64,000 nucleotides of DNA from Octopus bimaculoides (Eukaryota), in the NCBI RefSeq assembly GCF_001194135.2, contig NC_069005.1, positions 27,320,991 to 27,384,990 of the forward strand, given 5' to 3'. Under the pieces are notes generated by a model that searched no databases, had not been told where the DNA came from, and was given only the letters and a program-made list of their open reading frames with translations. Of the stretch, positions 12,660 through 25,500 are shown in pieces. Numbering within the stretch: the first letter of the stretch is position 1; each line of letters begins with the position of its first letter. The position numbers and the translations under genes are program-made.

Positions 12660-13200
12660 AGAGGTAGATCTTCAGGCTATTTACCCTGTTGAGTAACATT
12701 ATTCCAGAGGTCCTCTACAGGAACCCCATTTCAGATGCATGTGTTCATAATTGTACTTTTTATCCAACGTTCATGACCGTAGGTGAGGACAGGACCAAAA
12801 ATTGAATTGAATAAAGTGAATTGAATAAACTTCTCTTCTGGGATCAAATACTGGAGCTGGTGCATTACTGTACCAGCACCTGCAATTCTAGCATCCAGTT
12901 TGCCTCCTGATTCCCATCTCTGCATTGAGATGTTACAGCTCCAGTACTAATGGACATGTGATTAGAATGTTGCAGGAAAGCCAAGCTAACCAGTAGGAGA
13001 CCTAGAGGCAGACCAGAAATGAGACGAATGGATAATATCCATAGACCCAGTTGGTCACACTTGGGAACCCAGTTGGTCACACTTGGGAACCCAGCTGGAA
13101 AGTGTAATGCTGGTTGCTTTTGATAGGACCCTATGGAGGAGGTGTACAAGGTGTCTGCCCCCATGACCTTCCCAAGAATAATGAGAGGAGATGGATGAAT
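12660..13200. mobile_element. RTE (Rex3/Expander-like) LINE fragment with an inverted 5' segment
   Basis: Minus strand 12925 to 12660: LDARIAGAGTVM...IFGPVLTYGHERW...ASEMGFL; plus strand 12925 to 13200: GHVIRM...RRPRGRP...HLG then a ggatggatg-like tail. Confidence 0.7.
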
Positions 13201-13547
13201 TAAGGTAAGCTTTTTGTCACTTTAAGATAACTAATATTTATATTTGTTATACTTGTTTGAAATTTCACATTATTAGTTACAAAAACGTTGTTTAACCTTA
13301 ACCCTTTTGATAGCAACTCGGCTCTGTAGTAAAAAAAAATGTCCTATTTTTCAAAAGTTCTGAATTAAAATCATCCACCAAACCTTAGCCAAAATTCATG
13401 TTCCTAACACTAGTTTAATGATAACTAAGTTATTTTACTAAATTCTTNNNNNNNNNNNNNNNNNNNNNNNNNNNNNNNNNNNNNNNNNNNNNNNNNNNNN
13501 NNNNNNNNNNNNNNNNNNNNNNNNNNNNNNNNNNNNNNNNNNNNNNN

Positions 13548-16500
13548 ACGTTCTTTCTTTCGATCGTTCGTTCGTACGTACTTTCGTTCGTATGTACCTA
13601 CAATTGTTCGTTAAATCGTTTGTTCTATCGTTCGTTCCTTCTTTCGCACGTACAAAAGAACGAACGAACAAACTAACGTACGTACATACATCCGTAAGTA
13701 GGAACGATCGAACGAATGTACGTACGTACGTACGAACGAATGAACAAACGTATGTACGTACTTACGTATGAACGAAATGAAGGAACGAACGAACAAACGT
13801 ACATAGTACGAATAAACGAATGTACGAACGTTCGAACGTACGTATGTACGAACGTTCGAACGTACGTATGTACGAACGTTCGAACGAATGAACGTATGGA
13901 CTTACGATCGTACGTACGTACGTATGTACGTAAGTACGAACGAACGAACGTAATTACGTACGTACGAACGAACGAACGTAATTACGTACGTACGAACGAA
14001 CGAACGGATGGACGAGCGAACGTGCGTACGTATAATCGTTCGAACGAAAGAACGAACTAACGGATGAACGTTCGTACTGAAGAACGAACGAATGAACGAA
14101 CGTACATACTTACGTATGTATGTACGTAAGTACGAACGAACGAAAGTACGTACGTACGTAAGTACGAACGAAGGAACGAACGATCGAACGAACGAACGTA
14201 ATTACGTACGTACGAACGAACGGAAGAGCAAACGTACGTACGAACGAACGAAGCAACGAACGACAGTTTGTACATACGTACGTAGTAACGAACGAACGTA
14301 CGTACGTCTGAATCAACGAACGAACGAATGAAAGAACGTACGAACGAACGAACGAAAGAAAGAATTAACGAACGAAGGAATGAACGAAAGAAGGAACGAT
14401 CGATAGAACAAACGATTTAACGAACAATCGTAGGTACATACGTACGACAGAACGTATGTACGTAAAAACGATCGAAGGAAGGATTGATCGAACGAAAGTA
14501 CGTATGTACGTACGAACGAACGAACGTACGTGCGTACGAACGAAAGATCAAAATAAAGAAAGAACGAACGTACATACGTACGTAAATACGTACGAACGAC
14601 CGATGGAACCAACAGACGAACGAAAGAATGAACGAACAAACGTACGTGCGAACGAACGAACGAACCTAAGCACGTATGACGTGCGTATGTACGTACTACG
14701 TGCGTACGTACGTGTGTACCGTACGTACATGCGTACGTACGAACAAACGAACGAAGGAAAGAACGAAGCAACGAACAAAAGGTGGTATGTTTGTACGTAC
14801 GTTCATACGTAAGGAGGAACGAAAGTAGGAACGTAAGTACGAACGAACGAACGAACGATCTAACGAACGAACGTACGTACGTAGATAAGTACGTACGAAC
14901 GAACAAACGATGGCACGTAAGTATGTACCTAAGTACGCACGAATGAACAAACGAACGTACATACGTACGTACGTACAAACGAACGAACGTACGTCCGAAC
15001 GTAGGTACGTACGTATTACGTACATTAGAATGAACAAACCAAAGAACAAACCAACGAACGTACGGACTTGCGAACGAAAGCAAGATCGAACGAACAAACA
15101 AACGAACGTACGTACATACATCCGTACGTTGGAACGAGCGAACGAATGTACGTACGTACGAACGAATGAACTAACGTATGTATGTACGTGCGTATGTACG
15201 TAAGTACTATGTACGTAAGTACGAACGAACGAAAGTACGTACGTACGTAAGTAAGTACGAACGAACGAGCGTAATTACGTACGTACGAACGAACGGATGG
15301 ACGAGCGAACGTACGTACGAACAAACAAAGGAACGAACGAACGAACGTACGTACGAACAAACAAAGGAACGAACGAACGAACGTACGTACGTACATACAT
15401 TAGTGCGTACGTACGAAGGAACGAACGAACAACCGTACGTACGAAGGAAGAAACGAACGAATGAACGTACGTACGTTCGTAGGAACGAAAGAACGATTGA
15501 TCGAACGAACGCCCAAACGAACAAACGAAAGATGGAACGAACGAAGGAACGAAAGAACGAACGAAAGTACGTAGGTACGTACGAACAAACGAACGAAAGT
15601 ACGTACGAACGAACGATCGAAAGAAAGAACGTACGTACGTATGTAATTACGTTCCTTCGTACGTACTTACGTACGTACGTACGTTCTTTCTTTTGTTCGT
15701 TCGAACGTAGGAATGACCGAACGAAAGAACGAAGCAACGAACAAAAGGTGGTACGTTTATACGTACGTTCATACGTAACAAGGAATGAACGTAGGAACGT
15801 AAATTCGTACGAACGATCGAACGTACGTACGTACGATCGAACGTACGTACGTACGAACGAACGAACGTACGTACGTACGAACGAACGAACGTACGAACGA
15901 ACGTACGAACGAACAATCGTACGTATGTACGTACCTACGTAAGTACGCACGAATGAACAAACGAACGTACATACGTACGTACCTACGAACGAACGAACGA
16001 AAGAATGAACCAACGAATGAACAAACAAACGTACGTACGTACGATCGAGCGAGCGAACGAACGTGCGTACATACGTCCGTACGTACAAGCGAACGAACGA
16101 ACGCACTTGCGAACGAAAGGAAGATCGAATGAACAAACGAACGCACGTACATACATCCGTACGTAGGAACGATCGAACGAGCGAACAAATGTACGTACGT
16201 ACGAACGAATGAACAAACGTATGTACGTATTTACGTACGAGCGAAAGGAAGGAAGGAACGAACAAACGTACATAGTACGAATAAACGAATGTACGAACGT
16301 TCGAACGAATGAACGTATGGACTTACGTACGTACGTGTGTACGTAAGTACGAACGAACGAAAATACGTACGTAATTACGAACGAACGAACGAACGTAATT
16401 ACGTACGTACAAACGAACGAACGGATGAACGAGCGAACGTGCGTACGTACAATCGTTCGAACGAACGAACGAAAGAACGTACTAACGGATGAAAGAACGA

Positions 16501-19500
16501 ACGAAGGAACGAACGAAGGAACGACCGAATGAACGAACGTACGTACGTACGAACGAAGGAAAGTACGTACGTACGTACGTAAGTACGAACGAAGGAACGA
16601 AGGATCGAACGAACGAACGTAATTACATACGTACGAACGAACGAACGACGAATGGACGAGCAAACGTATGTACGAACGAACGTGCGTACGTACATACATA
16701 AGTACGTACGTACGAACGAACGAACGAACGTACATTGGTACGTACGAACGAAGCAACGAACAAAAGTTCGTACATACGTACGTAGTAACGAACGTACATA
16801 CGTCTGAATCAACGAACGAACGAATGAAAGAACGTACGTACGTACGAACGAACGAATGAAAGAACGTACGTACGTACGAACGAACGAACGAACGAAAGAA
16901 TTAACGAACAAAGGAATGAACGAAAGAAGGAACGAACGATAGAACAAACGATTTAACGAACAATCGTAGGTACATACGTACGAAAGAACGTATGTACGTA
17001 AAAATGATCGAACGAAAGATTGGACGAACGAAAGTACGTATGTACGTACGAACGAACGAACGAAAGAACTTACGTTCGAACGAACACACGAACGAAAGAA
17101 TGACTGAACGAAAGAATTAACGAACAAACGTACGTACGAACGACCGAACGATCGAAGGAATGAACGAATGAACGAAAGTACGTTCGTATGTACGTACGGA
17201 CGAAGAAAAGAACGAACGAACGTACGTACGAACGAACTAACGAAACAACGACAGAACTAACGAAGGTTCGTAGATACGTTCGAACGAACGAACCTAAGTA
17301 CGTATGACGTGCGTATGTACGTACGAACGACTGAACGAACAAAATTCAGGAACGAACGAACGAACGTACGTACATACATTAGTGCGTACGTACGAAGGAA
17401 CGAACGAACAACCGTACGTACGAAGGAGGAAACGAACGAATGAACGCACGTACGTTCGTAGGAACGAACGAACGATTGATCGAACGAACGCCCAAACGAA
17501 CAAACGAAAGATGGAACGAACGAAGGAACGAAAGAACGAACGAAAGTACGTACGAACAAACGAACGAAAGTACGTACGAACGAACGATCGAAAGAAAGAA
17601 CGTACGTACGTATGTAATTACGTTCCTTCGTTCGTACTTACGTACGTACGTACGTTCTTTCTTTTGTTCGTTCGAACGTAGGAAAGTACNNNNNNNNNNN
17701 NNNNNNNNNNNNNNNNNNNNNNNNNNNNNNNNNNNNNNNNNNNNNNNNNNNNNNNNNNNNNNNNNNNNNNNNNNNNNNNNNNNNNNNNNNNNNNNNNNNN
17801 NNNNNNNNNNNNNNNNNNNNNNNNNNNNNNNNNNNNNNNNNNNNNNNNNNNNNNNNNNNNNNNNNNNNNNNNNNNNNNNNNNNNNNNNNNNNNNNNNNNN
17901 NNNNNNNNNNNNNNNNNNNNNNNNNNNNNNNNNNNNNNNNNNNNNNNNNNNNNNNNNNNNNNNNNNNNNNNNNNNNNNNNNNNNNNNNNNNNNNNNNCCT
18001 ACGAACGAACGAACGAACGAAAGAATGAACCAACGAATGAACAAACAAACGTACGTACGATCGAGCGAACGAACGTGCGTACAAACGTCCGTACGTACAA
18101 GCGAACGAACGAACGTACGTCCGAACGTAGGTACGTACGAACGAACATAAGAACAAAGGAACGAACGAAAAAAGAACGAACGAACGTACGTAAGTAGTAC
18201 GTACATTAGAATGAACAAACGAACGAACGTACGCACTTGCGAACGAAAGGAAGATCAAACGAACAAACGAACGCACGTACGAACGAACAAACGAACGTAC
18301 GTACATACATCCGTACGTAGGAACGAGCGAACGAATGTACGTACGTACGAACGAATGAACAAACGTATGTACGTACGATCGAAAGGAAGGAAGGAACGAA
18401 CAAACGTACATAGTACGAATAAACGAATGTACGAACGTTCGAACGAATGGACTTACGTACGTACGGGTGTACGTAAGTACGAACGAACGAAAATACGTAC
18501 GTAATTACGTACGTACAAACGAACGAACAGATGAACGAGCGAACGTGCGTACGTACAATCGTTCGAACGAACGAACGAAAGAACGTACTAACGGATGAAC
18601 GAACGAACGAACGAAGGAACGAAGGATCGAACGAACGAACGTAATTACGTACGTACGAACGAACGAACGAACGACGAATGGACGAGCAAACGTATGTANN
18701 NNNNNNNNNNNNNNNNNNNNNNNNNNNNNNNNNNNNNNNNNNNNNNNNNNNNNNNNNNNNNNNNNNNNNNNNNNNNNNNNNNNNNNNNNNNNNNNNNNNN
18801 NNNNNNNNNNNNNNNNNNNNNNNNNNNNNNNNNNNNNNNNNNNNNNNNNNNNNNNNNNNNNNNNNNNNNNNNNNNNNNNNNNNNNNNNNNNNNNNNNNNN
18901 NNNNNNNNNNNNNNNNNNNNNNNNNNNNNNNNNNNNNNNNNNNNNNNNNNNNNNNNNNNNNNNNNNNNNNNNNNNNNNNNNNNNNNNNNNNNNNNNNNNN
19001 NNNNNNNNNNNNNNNNNNNNNNNNNNNNNNNNNNNNNNNNNNNNNNNNNNNNNNNNNNNNNNNNNNNNNNNNNNNNNNNNNNNNNNNNNNNNNNNNNNNN
19101 NNNNNNNNNNNNNNNNNNNNNNNNNNNNNNNNNNNNNNNNNNNNNNNNNNNNNNNNNNNNNNNNNNNNNNNNNNNNNNNNNNNNNNNNNNNNNNNNNNNN
19201 NNNNNNNNNNNNNNNNNNNNNNNNNNNNNNNNNNNNNNNNNNNNNNNNNNNNNNNNNNNNNNNNNNNNNNNNNNNNNNNNNNNNNNNNNNNNNNNNNNNN
19301 NNNNNNNNNNNNNNNNNNNNNNNNNNNNNNNNNNNNNNNNNNNNNNNNNNNNNNNNNNNNNNNNNNNNNNNNNNNNNNNNNNNNNNNNNNNNNNNNNNNN
19401 NNNNNNNNNNNNNNNNNNNNNNNNNNNNNNNNNNNNNNNNNNNNNATGACGTGCGTATGTACGTACGAACGACTGAACGAACAAAATTCAGGAACGAACG

Positions 19501-22500
19501 AACGTACATAGTACGAATAAACGAACGTACGTATTACGAACGTACGTATTACGAACGTACGTACGTACAATCGATCGAAAGAACGAACTAACGAATGAAC
19601 GTTCGTACTTACGAACGAACGAACGTACGTATGTACGTAAGTACGAACGAACGAAAGTACGTACGTACGTAAGTACGAAAGAAAGAACGTAATTACGTAC
19701 GTACGAACGAACGGATGGACGAGCGAACGTACGTACGTACGAACAAACAAAGGAACGAACGAACGAACGTACGTACGTACATACATTAGTGCGTATGTAC
19801 GAAGGAACGAACGAACGTACATACGTACGTACGTAGGTAGGAACAAACGAACTAATGAACGAACGAACGAACGAACTAACGAACGAAAGTTTGTACACAC
19901 GTACGTAGGAATGAACGAAAGAAGGAACGAACGATAGAACAAATGATTTAACGAACAATCGTAGGTACATACGATCGAACGAACGAACAACCGTACGTAC
20001 GACGGAAGAAACGAACGAATGAACGTACGCACGTACGTAGGAACGAACGAACGATTGATCGAACGAACGAAAGAAAGAACGAAGTAACGAACAGAAGGTG
20101 GTACGTTTATACGTACGTTCATACGTACGTTCATACGTAAGAATGAACGAACGTACGTACGAACGAACGAACGTACGTACGAAAGAACGATCGTACGTAT
20201 GTATGTACCTAAGTAAGTACGCACGAATGAACAAACGAACGTACATACGTACGTACCTACGAACGAACGAACGAATGAACCAACGAATGAACAAACAAAC
20301 GTACGTCCGTACGTACAAGCGAACGAACGAACGTACGTCCGAACGTAGGTACGTACAAACGAACAAAAGAACGAACGAACGTACGTACGTACGTACGTAC
20401 ATTAGAATGAACAAACGAACGAACGTACGCACTTGCGAACGAACAAACGGACGAACGAACAAACGAACGTACGTACATACAGCCGTACGTAGGAACGAGC
20501 GAACGAGCGAACGAATGTACGTACGTACGAACGAATGAACAAACGTATGTACGTATGTACGTACTTACGTACGATCAATATGAAGGAAAGAACGAACAAA
20601 CGTACATAGTACGAATAAACGAACGTACGTATGTACGAACGTTCGAACGAATGAACGTATGGACTTACGATCGTACGTATGTACGTAAGTACGAACGAAC
20701 GAAAGCACGTACGTAATTACGAACGAACCTAATTACGTACGTATGGACGAGCGAACGTGCGTACTAACGGATGAACGTACGTACTTACGAACGAACGAAT
20801 GAACGAACGAACGTACTTACGTAATGTATGTACGCAAGTACGAACGAACGAAAGTACGTACGTACGTACGTAAGTACAAACGAACGAACGTAATTACGTA
20901 CGTACGAACGAACGAATTGACGAGCAAACGTACGTACGAAGGAACGAACGAACGTACGTAGGTACGTACGAACGAAAGTTCGTACATACGTACGTAGTAA
21001 CGAACGAACGTACGTACATCTGAATCAACGAACGAACGAATGAAAGAACGTACGTACGAACGAACGAAAGAATTAACGAACGAAGGAATGAACGAACGAA
21101 GGAACGAACGATAGAACAAACGATTTAACGAACAATCGTAGGTACATACGTACGAAAGAACATATGTACGTAAAAACGATCGAACGAAAGATTGAACGAA
21201 TGAAAGTACTATGTACGTACGAACGAACGTATGTGCGTACGAAAGAAATAAAGAAAGAACGAACGTACATACGTACGAACGAACAGACGAACGAAAGAAT
21301 GATCGAACGAAAGAATTAACGAACAAACGTACGTACGTACGTACGTATGAACGAACGAACGACCGAACGATTGAAGGAATGAACGAATGTACGTTCGTAT
21401 GTACGTACGGACGAAGAAAAAACGATCGAACGAACGAACGTACGTACGAACGAACGAACGAAGTAACGAAAGAACGACAGAACTAACGAAGGTACGTACA
21501 TACGTTCGAACGAACGACCGAACGAACGAACCTAAGTACCTATGACGTGCGTATGTACATACGACGTCCGTACGCACCTGCGTACGTACGTGTGTACCGT
21601 ACGTACATGCGTACGTACGAACAAACGAACGAAAGAAAGAACGAAGCAACGAACAAAAGGTGGTACGTTTGGAGGAACGAACGTAGGAACGTAAGTACGT
21701 ACGAATGATCGAACGTACGTACGTACGCTCGTTCGTTCGAACGTATTTACGCTCTTTCATTCGTTCGTTCGTTGATTCCTACGTACGTACGTTCGTTCGT
21801 ACATTCATTCGTTCGTTACTACGTACGTATGTACGAACTTTCGTTCGTTAGTTCGTTCGTTCATTCTTTCATTCGTTCGTTCGTTCATTCGTTCGTTCGT
21901 TCATTTGTTCCTACCTACTTACGTACGTATGTACGTTCGTTCGTACGTACTAATGTATGTACGTACGTACGTTCGTTCCTTTGTTTGTTCGTACGTACGT
22001 ACGCTCGTCCATCCGTTCGTTCGTACGTACGTAATTACGTTCGTTCGTTCGTACTTATGTACGTACGTACTTTCGTTCGTTCGTTCGTACTTACGTACGT
22101 ACGTACGTTCGTTCTTTCGTAAGTACGAACGTTCATTCGTTAGTTCGTTCTTTCGATCGTTCCTACGTACGGATGTATGTACGTACGTTCGTTTGTTCGT
22201 TCGTTCGTTCGATCTTTCTTTCGTTCGCAAGTGCGTACGTTCGTTCGTTTGTTCATTCGTGCGTACTTACTTAGGTACGTACATATATACGATCGTTTGT
22301 ACGTACGTACTTATCTACGTACGTACGTTCGTTCGTTCGTACGTACGTTCGATCGTTCGTACATATTTACGTTCCTACGTTCGTTCCTTCTTACGTATGA
22401 ACGAACGTATAAACGTACCACCTTTTGTTCGTTGCTTCGTTCTTTCGTTCGTTCGTTTGTGCGTTCGTTCGATCAATCGTTCGTTCGTTCCTACGTATGT

Positions 22501-25500
22501 GCGTACGTTCATTCGTTCGTTTCTTCCTTCGTACGTACGGTTGTTCGTTCGTTCGTTCGAACGTATGTACCTACGATTGTTCGTTAAATCATTTGTTCTA
22601 TCGGTCGTTCCTTCTTTCGTTCGNNNNNNNNNNNNNNNNNNNNNNNNNNNNNNNNNNNNNNNNNNNNNNNNNNNNNNNNNNNNNNNNNNNNNNNNNNNNN
22701 NNNNNNNNNNNNNNNNNNNNNNNNNNNNNNNNNNNNNNNNNNNNNNNNNNNNNNNNNNNNNNNNNNNNNNNNNNNNNNNNNNNNNNNNNNNNNNNNNNNN
22801 NNNNNNNNNNNNNNNNNNNNNNNNNNNNNNNNNNNNNNNNNNNNNNNNNNNNNNNNNNNNNNNNNNNNNNNNNNNNNNNNNNNNNNNNNNNNNNNNNNNN
22901 NNNNNNNNNNNNNNNNNNNNNNNNNNNNNNNNNNNNNNNNNNNNNNNNNNNNNNNNNNNNNNNNNNNNNNNNNNNNNNNNNNNNNNNNNNNNNNNNNNNN
23001 NNNNNNNNNNNNNNNNNNNNNNNNNNNNNNNNNNNNNNNNNNNNNNNNNNNNNNNNNNNNNNNNNNNNNNNNNNNNNNNNNNNNNNNNNNNNNNNNNNNN
23101 NNNNNNNNNNNNNNNNNNNNNNNNNNNNNNNNNNNNNNNNNNNNNNNNNNNNNNNNNNNNNNNNNNNNNNNNNNNNNNNNNNNNNNNNNNNNNNNNNNNN
23201 NNNNNNNNNNNNNNNNNNNNNNNNNNNNNNNNNNNNNNNNNNNNNNNNNNNNNNNNNNNNNNNNNNNNNNNNNNNNNNNNNNNNNNNNNNNNNNNNNNNN
23301 NNNNNNNNNNNNNNNNNNNNNNNNNNNNNNNNNNNNNNNNNNNNNNNNNNNNNNNNNNNNNNNNNNNNNNNNNNNNNNNNNNNNNNNNNNNNNNNNNNNN
23401 NNNNNNNNNNNNNNNNNNNNNNNNNNNNNNNNNNNNNNNNNNNNNNNNNNNNNNNNNNNNNNNNNNNNNNNNNNNNNNNNNNNNNNNNNNNNNNNNNNNN
23501 NNNNNNNNNNNNNNNNNNGTACGTACATATATACGATCGTTTGTACGTACGTACTTATCTACGTACGTACGTTCGTTCGTTCGTACGTACGTTCGATCGT
23601 TCGTACATATTTACGTTCCTACGTTCGTTCCTTCTTACGTATGAACGAACGTATAAACGTACCACCTTTTGTTCGTTGCTTCGTTCTTTCGTTCGTTCGT
23701 TTGTGCGTTCGTTCGATCAATCGTTCGTTCGTTCCTACGTATGTGCGTACGTTCATTCGTTCGTTTCTTCCTTCGTACGTACGGTTGTTCGTTCGTTCGT
23801 TCGAACGTATGTACCTACGATTGTTCGTTAAATCATTTGTTCTATCGGTCGTTCCTTCTTTCGTTCGTTCGTTCGTTTGTCCGTACATACGTACGTTCTT
23901 TCATTCGTTCGTTCGTTGATTCAGACGTACGTACCTTCGTTCGTTCGTACGTACTTTCGTTCGTTCTTTCGTTCCTTCGTTCGTTCCATCGTTTGTTCCT
24001 TCTTTCGTTTGTTCGTTCGTCCGATCAATCGTTCGTTGGTTCCTACGAACGTACGTACGTTCATTCGTTCGTTTCTGCCTTCGTACGTACGGTTGTTCGT
24101 TCGTACGTATGTACCTACAATTATTCGTTAAATCGTTTGTTCTAACGTTCGTTCCTTCGTACGTTCTTTCATTCGTTCGTTCGTTCGTTGATTCCTACGT
24201 ACGTACGTTCGTTCGTACATTCATTCGTTCGTTACTACGTACGTATGTACGAACTTTCGTTCGTTAGTTCGTTCCTACCTACGTACGTACGTTCGTTCCT
24301 TCGTACGTACGCACTAATGTATGTACGTACGTATGTTCGTTCGTTCCTTCCTTTGTTTGTTTGTACGTACGTACGTTCGCTCGTCCATCCGTTCGTTCGT
24401 ACGTACGTAATTACGTTCGTTCGTTCGTACTTACGTACGTACGTACGTACTTTCGTTCGTTCGTACTCACGTACGTACGTACGTTCGTTCTTTCTTAAGT
24501 ACGAACGTTCATTCATTAGTTCGTTCTCTCGATCGATTGTACGTACGTACGTTTGTTTGTTCATTCGTGCGTACTTAGGTACGTACTTACGTACGGTCGT
24601 TCGTTCGTTCGTACGTACTTATCTACGTACGTACGTTCGTTCGTTAGATCGTTCGTTCGTTCGTACGTACGTACGGTCGATCGTTCGTACGTACGTTCGA
24701 TCGTTCGTACGTACTTACGTTCCTACGTTCGTTCCTCCTTACGTATGAATGTACGTACAAACGTACCACCTTTTGTTCGTTGCTTCGTTCTTTCCTTCGT
24801 TNNNNNNNNNNTTCCTACGTTCGTTCCTCCTTACGTATGAATGTACGTACAAACGTACCACCTTTTGTTCGTTGCTTCGTTCTTTCCTTCGTTCGTTTGT
24901 TCGTACGTACGCATGTACGTACGGTACACATGTACGTACGCACGTAGTACGTACATACGCACGTCATACGTACTTAGGTTCGTTCGTTCGAACGTATGTA
25001 CGTACCTTCGTTAGTTCTGTCGTTAGTTCGTTCGTACGTACGTTCGTTCGATCGTTCTTTTCTTCGTCCGTACGTGCATACGAGCGTACGTTCGTTCATT
25101 CCTTCGATCGTTCATTCGTACATACGTACGTTCGTTCGTACNNNNNNNNNNCGTTCTTTTCTTCGTCCGTACGTGCATACGAGCGTACGTTCGTTCATTC
25201 CTTCGATCGTTCATTCGTACATACGTACGTTCGTTCGTTCGTATTTACGTACGTATGTACGTTCGTTCGAACAAACGAACGAAGGTACGTACGAGCGAAC
25301 GAACGAACGAACGAACGAACGCAAGTACGTACGTAAGTACGAACAAAGGAACGTAATTACGTACGTACGTTCTTTCTTTCGTTCGTTCGATCGTTCATTC
25401 GTTTGTTCGCTCGTACGTACTTTCGTTCGTTCAATCTTTCGTTCGTTCGATCAATCGTTCGTTCGTTCCTACGTACGTGCGTACGTTCATTCGTTCGTTT

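Noticed and set aside
22279-25240. Exact duplications flanking gaps (22279-22623 vs 23519-23870; 24721-24801 vs 24812-24890; 25055-25141 vs 25152-25240)
   Set aside because: Identical sequence on both sides of N runs is typical of unmerged contig overlaps, so I did not use it to infer a higher-order repeat period.
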